Below, in pieces: positions 1 through 7,988 of a stretch of DNA of 32,133 nucleotides (position 1 is its first letter; the number at the start of each line of letters is the position of its first letter). Position numbers and translations under genes: made by a program. Source of the DNA: an uncultured Schlesneria sp. (GTDB lineage: Bacteria; Planctomycetota; Planctomycetia; Planctomycetales; Planctomycetaceae); contig CBIHQO010000001.1 in NCBI GenBank assembly GCA_966211735.1, positions 1 through 32,133 on the forward strand, written 5' to 3'. The notes under the pieces were generated by a model. The model was not told where the DNA came from. It saw nothing but the letters and a program-made list of their open reading frames with translations, and made no database searches.

Positions 1-450
1 CTATTTTCACTGAAACCTCAGGCTCCGTTGGGCGTTCTGCGCGATCAGGTGATCGTGATGACGGACGATGTCAACAATCCTCAGATTTCGATCATGGTCG
101 AAGGGACCATCGAAACCGACGTGGCGATCACAGACATCCAGTTCGGAACGATGACCCCCGGGCAATCCAAGCCAGTGAACCTGATCATTCGCGGCAAGAA
201 GCCGATCAAGATCGATGAGCTCTTCCGCGAGCGAAAAGAGAGTTCCAAGATCGAGGATGAATCCTTCAAAGTGAAGCTGGATACGGTGACGGCCAAGCCG
301 GTCCACGTGCTGCCAATCACGTTCACCGCGCCTGACATCACCGGCGCGTTTGAAGAAGAGTTCATCGTCAAGATCGCCGGTCGCCCGCAACCGCTCTCGT
401 TCAAAGCACGTGGACGAGTTGTTGAACAGGCCGGGGCCGCGAAGCAATAG
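1..450 (+). CDS. C-terminal part of a DUF1573-like (Ig-fold) protein, 5'-truncated by the window
   Basis: Frame is open from position 1 to TAG at 448-450. Beta-rich pattern (LRDQVIVMTDD..PQISIMVEG; FEEEFIVKI..PLSFKARGRV) resembles planctomycete DUF1573 proteins. Confidence 0.6.
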   Translation, partial: LFSLKPQAPLGVLRDQVIVMTDDVNNPQISIMVEGTIETDVAITDIQFGTMTPGQSKPVNLIIRGKKPIKIDELFRERKESSKIEDESFKVKLDTVTAKPVHVLPITFTAPDITGAFEEEFIVKIAGRPQPLSFKARGRVVEQAGAAKQ

Positions 451-550
451 CCCTTTTGCCGCCTACTTAGTCGCCTGCTTGAGTTCGAGCGTGATGCTCC
501 TGACTGGTTGTCATTTCGGAACCGACGATCGTCGCAATCAAGCCGCAGGT

Positions 551-1729
551 CTACTTGCTGTTCAACAGAAATTGCACGCCTTGCTCGAGACGGGTTGTTA
601 ACTCGGCTATTGCATCTCGTGACCCGCGTTCGGCTGCGATCGGGATTGGCTCGCCGAATGTGACTGTGGCTCGGCGACGACCACGGCTTTGAGGGTATGT
701 GACTCTCAACACATCTTCTTCAAACTTATCGAGTGTCTCGGCGATGCGTTCGATCGTGGGGTGTTGGGCGACGTAATCGCCGGGATAGCTATACAACTGA
801 ATCACGAGGAACAAGTCTTCCATATCGCGTTTCAGTCGCCCGTAAGACTTCTCATCCAGATCAGGGCGTTCCAACTGTTGAATGAAGTGTCGCCGCAACT
901 CCTTGACTCGCTCAGGGATCGCGTCTGATTTGGGAGTGATCCCAAACTTCTCTTCTTTCTCACTTAGAATTCGATTGGCCAACGATTTAGTTCTAAAAGG
1001 AACCGTGCCTGATTGAGGCTGACCCAGGTATTCCAACTCTTTGAGTGCCAGCAGTCCTTCCGCGAAGCGATAGATGCGATCGATCAGCGGCAGTTCCGGT
1101 CGCGGTCGCCAATGGACGGCCTCTTCCAGTCGGCTCATCAGTTCCAGCAAGCCGGGGGTCGGGTCATCGATATAGCTGCAGCGGAGCGCGGTTGGGATGG
1201 CGACGATGGGGCGGTCGGCTCGCTTGGCTGCCGAGAGCGCGATCGCCGCGGCCCCTTCGCGGAACGGCATCACTCGATCATTCGTGTGATAGATGTCCCC
1301 TTCAGGAAAGATGGCCAACGGGCAGGAATGCGTCCTTAAGATTTCAACAGACCGCTTGAAGGCTGCGATGTCGGCGCTTTCGCGATCGATGCTGTAGCAG
1401 CCATGTCGCTGCATCACCCACTGTTGGAACGGGGTGCTCATTGCAAAGACCTGCCAGGCCGTCAGGAAGTGGAACGGTCGTGCCAACTTCTGAGCGGCAT
1501 GCCCCAGGACGTAAGAGTCGTAGTGAAACGAGTGATTGGGGGTAATCATGATGCCGGCCCCCGAATCGAGGGCCGACCGGACATGTTCGAGGCCGCGGAT
1601 TTCCACGTCGGCAATTTTGGCGACGCGGTACATCTCACGTCGCATCAGCGGATACCAGACGCGAACCAACCACGGTGTCATCCGTGGTTCCCAAGTGCGA
1701 GGCGGCGTGGCGTAAGGTTGCTGGTTCAT
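551..1729 (-). CDS. PlsC-family (1-acyl-sn-glycerol-3-phosphate) acyltransferase with a long C-terminal helical extension
   Basis: Catalytic HX4D motif NHSFHYD, block IDR and FPEG motif. Likely start at ATG 1729 (MNQQPY); the ORF track extends to 1777. Confidence 0.8.
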   Translation of the reverse strand: MNQQPYATPPRTWEPRMTPWLVRVWYPLMRREMYRVAKIADVEIRGLEHVRSALDSGAGIMITPNHSFHYDSYVLGHAAQKLARPFHFLTAWQVFAMSTPFQQWVMQRHGCYSIDRESADIAAFKRSVEILRTHSCPLAIFPEGDIYHTNDRVMPFREGAAAIALSAAKRADRPIVAIPTALRCSYIDDPTPGLLELMSRLEEAVHWRPRPELPLIDRIYRFAEGLLALKELEYLGQPQSGTVPFRTKSLANRILSEKEEKFGITPKSDAIPERVKELRRHFIQQLERPDLDEKSYGRLKRDMEDLFLVIQLYSYPGDYVAQHPTIERIAETLDKFEEDVLRVTYPQSRGRRRATVTFGEPIPIAAERGSRDAIAELTTRLEQGVQFLLNSK

Positions 1730-1863
1730 ACACGATAGCCCAAAAATGTGACCCGAACGCAACGACGTTCGGGTCATGATCAGGGCCGAACTGAGCTACG
1801 TTCGTTCTCAGGCGGAATTGTCCCCCCCGTTATCACGCCCGCTCAGCAGAATTCTGCGACGAA

Positions 1864-2391
1864 TTACTTTTTCTCGCTACTGTCTTTGGGTTTCTGGCTG
1901 TCGCTTTCCGCCTTTACGGTCTTCTCGATCAAGCCAGCGAAAGTTCCGCCGTGATCGCCATGCTGCCAGGTTCCGGCATAGCGATCTCCATAGAACATCA
2001 CTCGCGAGGTGAACGTTCCCATGCCGGGGATGGTCAGGTCGGTCAGGGACATCACCGGCGTGTCGTCAGCCCAGTAGACTTTGATCGGAATCGGCAGATC
2101 GACTTCGCGGTCGCCCAGCTTCATCGTGGCAGTGAAGATCCAGTCGTTGTCCTTGACCTTTTTCGCCGAGACCATGCGATAGCGATCGGGCTTGGCCCCT
2201 TCACGGCCATCAGTCGTAAATGTTCCGACCAATGTGGACCCGGTCAGCTTGGCGGCGAAGGCTTCTTCGAGGGCCGCTTGATCAGGTTTCGCGGGCTTGG
2301 TCGGCTTCTGGTCCTGGGCCAGCAGCGGAGAGGCAAGACCACAAAGAAGAACCAGGGTAAGCATTGGACGCATGGACGGACTCCTGTTCAA
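1864..2391 (-). CDS. Secreted hypothetical protein, probably a small beta-rich domain
   Basis: Signal-peptide-like N-terminus (MLTLVLLCGLASPLLA-QD), GGAG RBS-like sequence upstream, co-oriented 31 bp downstream of metW. Confidence 0.75.
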   Translation of the reverse strand: MNRSPSMRPMLTLVLLCGLASPLLAQDQKPTKPAKPDQAALEEAFAAKLTGSTLVGTFTTDGREGAKPDRYRMVSAKKVKDNDWIFTATMKLGDREVDLPIPIKVYWADDTPVMSLTDLTIPGMGTFTSRVMFYGDRYAGTWQHGDHGGTFAGLIEKTVKAESDSQKPKDSSEKK

Positions 2392-2422
2392 AGTGGGACC
2401 GGCCAGAGGTGGCCAGCGTGAA

Positions 2423-3040
2423 CTATTCTCGTTCGATCACATACAGCGCACTATCGGCCCGAATGTTCGCACCCCACGCGCCGATCACGGCTTGGCCGTG
2501 AATGATGGGGATTTCCCTGACGACGCGGACTTTGATCTGCTGACACAGATCGCGGAAGTCGAGCATCGACATGAAGTGCAGGTTTGGAGTGTTGTACCAA
2601 TCATATGGCAGCGATCCCGTGATGGGGGCTCGGCCGTGCAGCATGATCTGGATGCGGATTCGCCAGTGTCCATAGTTGGGGACCAGGACCACCACGCGAC
2701 GAGCGACTCGCAGCATCCGCATCAGCAGCTTCTGGGGGTGCCGGACTTGTTGCAGCGTCTGGCTGAGTACCGCGAAGTCGAAGGAATTCTCGGGGACTTC
2801 GTCCAGCCCTTCGTCCAAGTCGGCTTGGATGACGGGCATCCCCTTCGAGATCGCTTCGACGACCTGGCGATGATCGAGTTCGATCCCTTGGACTGAGCAT
2901 TCGGATTCGTCGCGCAGGCGGCAGAGCAGTCGGCCGTCACCACATCCCAAGTCGAGGACGCGGGAACTGCGACCGACTTGATCCATGATCAGGCGATCTG
3001 TCAGAGCAGCAGTGGTATCAGGAACACCGTATCGGGACAT
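2423..3040 (-). CDS. metW: Methionine biosynthesis protein MetW (class I SAM-binding fold)
   Basis: VLDLGCGDG motif, FDFAVLSQTLQ, and the MetW-type GRAPIT..LPYDWYNTPNLH segment. Lies next to metX. Confidence 0.93.
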   Translation of the reverse strand: MSRYGVPDTTAALTDRLIMDQVGRSSRVLDLGCGDGRLLCRLRDESECSVQGIELDHRQVVEAISKGMPVIQADLDEGLDEVPENSFDFAVLSQTLQQVRHPQKLLMRMLRVARRVVVLVPNYGHWRIRIQIMLHGRAPITGSLPYDWYNTPNLHFMSMLDFRDLCQQIKVRVVREIPIIHGQAVIGAWGANIRADSALYVIERE

Positions 3041-3129
3041 GGATTGGATTTCTTGAAGTCGAACTATGATTGCTATTTGACCGAGGGTGATGTTGGTCGT
3101 TGTGCCACGGTCTTACAAAGTGATGTGCC

Positions 3130-3210
3130 GCCCTTTCAGGGCTTGTCGGTTTGATTGTACGCCTGTCCCCGGGCGATGCCCGGGGCTGATTTGTAGTGCC
3201 CCTTCGGGGC
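3130..3210. repeat. REP-like element made of three consecutive GC-rich hairpins
   Basis: GCCCT-TTC-AGGGC (3130-3142), CCCCGGGC-GAT-GCCCGGGG (3167-3185) and GCCCC-TTC-GGGGC (3198-3210). Confidence 0.65.
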
Positions 3211-3232
3211 GGAAGTCTGAGAGACCGTCTTC

Positions 3233-3295
3233 GGGGTGGCCGTGTCCTCTGTGAAAGACACGGCCTTGTCGACGACTCCAAAACCGTGGCGCCCC
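3233..3295. repeat. Second palindromic, REP-like or terminator-like element downstream of metX
   Basis: Perfect 9-bp stem GGCCGTGTC (3238-3246) / GACACGGCC (3257-3265), flanked by GGGG...CCCC ends. Confidence 0.45.
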
Positions 3296-3317
3296 TTATT
3301 CACATGATTTGGTGGTC

Positions 3318-4520
3318 CTATTTCTTGTGAATCCGCCGATAGGTTTCGGCCAGCAGTGGTGTCACCAGTTCTTCGAGCTGTTCAATCTCAATCAGGAATG
3401 AATCGTGGCCGAAGACACTTTCGAGTTCCAGATAGGTCACGTGCCGCCGCATCTCGACGAGAGCCCTGACAATTTCGCGGCTTTGGCTGGATGGAAACAG
3501 CCAGTCCGTGTGATACGACGTAATCAGGAAGCGGGCGTTGGTATTGGCGAGGGCCTTTTGGAGGGAACCGTAGCGCTGGGCGAGATCGAAGTAGTCCATC
3601 GCTCGCGTCAGGTACAGATAGCTATTGGCATCGAACCGTTCGATGAATCGCTTGCCCTGATAATGCAGATAGCTCTCGATCTTGAACTCGGTTTCACTTT
3701 GCAGGTCATAGGCCAGATGATCGCTGTGCTGCAGATCGCGACCGAACTTGCGTTCGATTGAGGCTTCAGACAGATACGTGATGTGGGCCACCATGCGGGC
3801 CAATGCCAAGCCAAATCGGGGGTCGACTTCGCCGTACTTGGACGGATCGTCACCGTAGTAGTCGCCGTTTTGGAACTGTGGGTCGGTCGTGATGGCTCGA
3901 CGGCCCACCGCGTTGAACGCGATTCCCTGAGCCGACAACTTGGCCGCCGAGGCGAGGCAGATGGCACAGCGAGCCATGTCGGGATAGCGAGCGACCCAGT
4001 CGAGCACCTGCATGCCACCCAGGCTGCCGCCAACGACGGCCAGCAGAGTCTGGATACCGAGATAGCGAACGAGGGCGGCGTGGACTTCGACGATGTCGCC
4101 GACTGTGATGAAAGGGAATCGCAAGCCGTAGGGTTCGCCGGTTTCTGGATCCCGGGCACTGGGGCCGGTGGTTCCCTGACAGCCACCCAGGACATTCGCG
4201 CAGATCACATAGTATTTGTTGGTATCGACCGCCTTGCCGGGCCCGACCAAACCGTCCCACCAGCCCGACTTGCGACTGTCGCTGGAATGCTTTCCTGCGA
4301 CATGGGCATCGCCGGTCAATGCATGACAGATAAAGATCGCATTGTCTTTCGCGGCCGAAAGCTCACCGTAAGTTTCGTATGCGACGGTGATTGGCCCGAG
4401 TTGCTGACCACCTTCCAGTGTTAACGGATGGGGTGGGACGAACAATGTGGCGTACTTGGTCTGCACGATTCCCACAGTGTTGGCAGCGGCAGTTTCAGGC
4501 GGAGCGATTTCAGAGGCCAT
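3318..4520 (-). CDS. metX: Homoserine O-acetyltransferase (MetX family alpha/beta hydrolase)
   Basis: HALTGDAH, GWWDGLVGPGK, NVLGGCQGTTGP, nucleophile GGSLGGMQ, RFDANSY, catalytic Asp (TDWLFP) and His (GHDSFL). Adjacent to metW. Confidence 0.95.
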   Translation of the reverse strand: MASEIAPPETAAANTVGIVQTKYATLFVPPHPLTLEGGQQLGPITVAYETYGELSAAKDNAIFICHALTGDAHVAGKHSSDSRKSGWWDGLVGPGKAVDTNKYYVICANVLGGCQGTTGPSARDPETGEPYGLRFPFITVGDIVEVHAALVRYLGIQTLLAVVGGSLGGMQVLDWVARYPDMARCAICLASAAKLSAQGIAFNAVGRRAITTDPQFQNGDYYGDDPSKYGEVDPRFGLALARMVAHITYLSEASIERKFGRDLQHSDHLAYDLQSETEFKIESYLHYQGKRFIERFDANSYLYLTRAMDYFDLAQRYGSLQKALANTNARFLITSYHTDWLFPSSQSREIVRALVEMRRHVTYLELESVFGHDSFLIEIEQLEELVTPLLAETYRRIHKK

Positions 4521-4577
4521 CGCGGACTCGTGCTCTTCTACGGACTAATTTGGCGGTGCGGAACAACCTTGGCCCAG

Positions 4578-4583
4578 ATTATA
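4578..4583 (-). promoter_or_regulatory. Candidate sigma70 -10 box for metX
   Basis: Perfect TATAAT on the minus strand about 57 nt upstream of the metX ATG. No good -35 element seen. Confidence 0.3.
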
Positions 4584-4745
4584 GGCAGACCGCCAGCCGT
4601 TGGGTACGGCAGGGGCCCGTGATTCCCAAGGCCGTCACGGTGGATAGTATTGCCAACGTCGATTGCGGAAGTGCGGCGTTGTAAATCCAGTGAAACTCGT
4701 TGAAGATTACTCCGAAGCAACGGGGCCGCTGCCGATTCGCAAGAC

Positions 4746-7700
4746 GTGACATGCACTATGAGGGTCTCCAAGATGCGCATGATTTGTGCGGGATTTGCCG
4801 TTTGGGCATTCGCGACTTCAATCGGACTCGCTCAGGACGCCAGTACCACGAAACCAACGGTTTTGGCTCCCCTGAAGTATCACGATCCCACACGGACGGT
4901 GGATCTGGGAGTTGGATTGTGGGCGTGGCCGGTTCCTTGCGATGCCGATGGCGACGGCGACTTCGATCTGATCGTCAGTTGTCCCGACAAACCCTATAAC
5001 GGAACCTATTTGTTCGAGAACCCCGGCGGTCCCCAAGACAAGCTGCCGATTTTCCGGCCTGCCAAACGGTTGAGTGTCGGGCAGTTCAATGTGACGCCGT
5101 CGTATGTTGATGGTCGGTTGCGCGTGACGACGCCAGGTTACGAGCATCCTGATTTCATCACGCAAGGGCTGGGCCAGCCAACGAAGTTGCCGCTGCCGCC
5201 CGACCCGATTGGGAAGAACCCCGACTTCTTTAAGCCGCATGCGCCTGGAGCGTACAAGACTCGGCATAACCAATGGCGTTATGTGGACTATGACGGTGAC
5301 GACAAGCTGGATCTGGTACTTGGGCTGGAACTGTGGTCCGAATATGGTTGGGACGATGCCTGGAATGAGCAGGGCGAATGGAAGAACGGGCCGCTGCAGG
5401 GGTTGGTGTATTTGCTGAGGAATCACGGCTCGGATCAGCACCCTGAGTATGCCGAACCGACCCTGATCCTGGCGGGCTCGAAGCCTCTCAGCACATATGG
5501 GCTACCCTCGCCGAACTTCGCCGACTTCGATCACGATGGGGATCTTGATCTGTTGTGCGGCGAGTTTCTGGATGGGTTCACGTACTTCGAAAACGTGGGG
5601 ACTCGGGCAAAACCCGTCTATGCTGCTGGTCGACGACTGATGCATGATGGCCAGCCGTTGACGATGGACCTGCAGATGATTGTCCCGGTGGCGTTCGATT
5701 GGGATCGCGATGGCGACTTGGATTTGATCGTTGGTGATGAGGATGGTCGCGTGGCGCTCGTTGAAAACGCGGGGCTGTTTGTCGATCGCGTTCCACAGTT
5801 CAAGCCACCGCAGTACTTCCAGCAGCAGGCTGACGATGTCAAATTCGGGGCATTGGCTACCGCATGCGGTTTTGATTGGGATGGGGACGGCGACGACGAC
5901 ATCATCGCTGGTAATACGGCCGGCTACATCGCGTTTATTGAGAATCTTTCAACGAGTGGCCAGGGGGGTTCGGTCTGGGCTGCGCCGAAGAAGCTGCAAG
6001 CGGATGGCAAAACGATTCGAATCCAAGCGGGGCCGAATGGTTCGATTCAAGGGCCCGCGGAAGCGAAGTGGGGATACACGACTCAATCGGTCGCAGATTG
6101 GGATCACGATGGCCTGCCGGACCTGATCGTGAATTCGATCTGGGGGAAAGTGCATTGGTACCGGAACATTGGCGAACGGACGGCACCCCGACTGGCGAAA
6201 GCCGAGCCGATTGAAATTGAATGGCCGGGCGAAACTCCCAAGCCAGCGTGGACCTGGTGGTCTCCAGAAGGGAAGGAATTGGTAACGCAGTGGCGGACAA
6301 CTCCGGTTGCGATCGACTTTAATCGTGATGGGCTAACTGATCTGGTGATGCTGGACCACGAAGGTTACCTCGCGTTTTTCCGGCGGGAGAAGAGGAGCGG
6401 TCGGGGTGGATCTGCATTGACCGTGCTGCTTCCAGGCGAGCGGATCTTCGTTGATGCGAAAGGGGAGCCATTGCGCCTGAACAACAGACGCGCGGGAGGG
6501 AGTGGCCGGCGAAAGTTGTGCGTCGTGGATTGGGATGGTGATGGGCGACTCGACGTGCTGGTGAACGGAATCAATGCCAATCTGCTGCGACAGACTGACC
6601 ATCGCGATGGGAAATGGTTCTTCGAGGACCTTGGCCCTCTCGACACTCGAAAGATCGAAGGGCATGATACCAGCCCGACGACGGTCGATTGGAATCGAGA
6701 CGGCATTCCGGATTTGTTGGTAGGTGCCGAAGACGGACGATTTTATTACCTACCTAATCCGAGGGCTGCACTGAAGTCCGGAATTGCGAAGCCACAAGCC
6801 GTGGCGCAGGCCGACCCCAAAACGGAGTCAACTGCCCATGACGCGAAGTCGGCGATCGTGAAGGCGGAGTTTCTCTATGAGACGGCGCCGTTTCCTTCGT
6901 GCCATGCATCAACGATTGTTGAGTCGAAGCATGGATTGGTGACGGCTTGGTTCGGCGGGACGGCAGAGAAGAATCCTGATGTGGGAATCTGGGTGTCGCG
7001 ACTGATCGATGGTAAATGGACTGCACCGATTGAAGTGGCGAATGGAGTAGAGTCTACCGAGAAACGATATCCCTGTTGGAATCCAGTTCTGTTTCAGCCG
7101 AAAACGGGTCCGCTCTTGCTGTTCTATAAAGTCGGCCCCAGTCCTGATACGTGGTGGGGCATGTTGACGACGTCCGAAGACACAGGAGCAACCTGGTCGA
7201 AGCCGCGGCGATTGCCCGAGGGAATTCTCGGCCCGATCAAGAACAAGCCGATTCAATTGTCGAACGGGGACATTCTGAGCGGCACCAGCAGCGAGGATGA
7301 TGGCTGGCGAGTTCATTTTGAACGATCGTCAGACGTGGGGAAGACCTGGCAACGGACATCACCGGTCAATGACGGCGAGAAAATTGGTGCGATTCAGCCC
7401 AGCATCCTGATTCACAAAGATGGTCGCCTGCAAGCGATCGGTAGGACTCAACAACACTTCGTGTTTGAAGTCTTTTCGCCTGATCAGGGGAAGACCTGGG
7501 GACCGATGGCGCTGACGTCATTGCCCAATCCCAATGCGGGAACCGACGCGACGACCTTGTCTGATGGACGACATTTGATCGTCTACAACCATACCGCGCG
7601 GGGGCGGTCACCGCTGAATGTCGCGGTCTCAAGCGATGGGCAGAACTGGCAAGCCGCGGGTGTCTTGGAGCAGGAACCGGGCGAGTATTCTTATCCGGCT

Positions 7701-7835
7701 GTCATTCAAACGACCGATGGTTTGGTTCACATTACCTATACGTGGAAGCGAAAGCGGATCAAGCATGTCGTGATCAACCCCAAGCACCTTAAGACGGCTG
7801 CGATTGTGGATTCGAAGTGGCCTGAGATGAAATAG
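4746..7835 (+). CDS. Secreted fusion of FG-GAP/VCBS repeats and a C-terminal BNR-repeat (sialidase-like) beta-propeller
   Basis: Signal peptide and about nine DxDxDGxxD repeats (DADGDGDFDL, DYDGDDKLDL, DFDHDGDLDL, DWDRDGDLDL, etc.). Asp-boxes SEDTGATW, SSDVGKTW, SPDQGKTW and SSDGQNW, plus YSYPAV. True start may be 4758-4779. Confidence 0.85.
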   Translation: MTCTMRVSKMRMICAGFAVWAFATSIGLAQDASTTKPTVLAPLKYHDPTRTVDLGVGLWAWPVPCDADGDGDFDLIVSCPDKPYNGTYLFENPGGPQDKLPIFRPAKRLSVGQFNVTPSYVDGRLRVTTPGYEHPDFITQGLGQPTKLPLPPDPIGKNPDFFKPHAPGAYKTRHNQWRYVDYDGDDKLDLVLGLELWSEYGWDDAWNEQGEWKNGPLQGLVYLLRNHGSDQHPEYAEPTLILAGSKPLSTYGLPSPNFADFDHDGDLDLLCGEFLDGFTYFENVGTRAKPVYAAGRRLMHDGQPLTMDLQMIVPVAFDWDRDGDLDLIVGDEDGRVALVENAGLFVDRVPQFKPPQYFQQQADDVKFGALATACGFDWDGDGDDDIIAGNTAGYIAFIENLSTSGQGGSVWAAPKKLQADGKTIRIQAGPNGSIQGPAEAKWGYTTQSVADWDHDGLPDLIVNSIWGKVHWYRNIGERTAPRLAKAEPIEIEWPGETPKPAWTWWSPEGKELVTQWRTTPVAIDFNRDGLTDLVMLDHEGYLAFFRREKRSGRGGSALTVLLPGERIFVDAKGEPLRLNNRRAGGSGRRKLCVVDWDGDGRLDVLVNGINANLLRQTDHRDGKWFFEDLGPLDTRKIEGHDTSPTTVDWNRDGIPDLLVGAEDGRFYYLPNPRAALKSGIAKPQAVAQADPKTESTAHDAKSAIVKAEFLYETAPFPSCHASTIVESKHGLVTAWFGGTAEKNPDVGIWVSRLIDGKWTAPIEVANGVESTEKRYPCWNPVLFQPKTGPLLLFYKVGPSPDTWWGMLTTSEDTGATWSKPRRLPEGILGPIKNKPIQLSNGDILSGTSSEDDGWRVHFERSSDVGKTWQRTSPVNDGEKIGAIQPSILIHKDGRLQAIGRTQQHFVFEVFSPDQGKTWGPMALTSLPNPNAGTDATTLSDGRHLIVYNHTARGRSPLNVAVSSDGQNWQAAGVLEQEPGEYSYPAVIQTTDGLVHITYTWKRKRIKHVVINPKHLKTAAIVDSKWPEMK

Positions 7836-7988
7836 GTCGTATATCTGAGCAGGAATCTGCTCGGACGGAGCCACGTCTTTCCATTTCTTAAACTATCGGT
7901 CCCTCGACGTTTCTGGATTGTCGTGACGTAATCAGGTATTGAATCTCTACTGGCATCAGATTCATTCCACTTCAATAGAGCATCGTTC

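Noticed and set aside
3125..3295. CRISPR array
   Set aside because: The hairpins are not identical direct repeats with regular spacers, and there are no cas genes.
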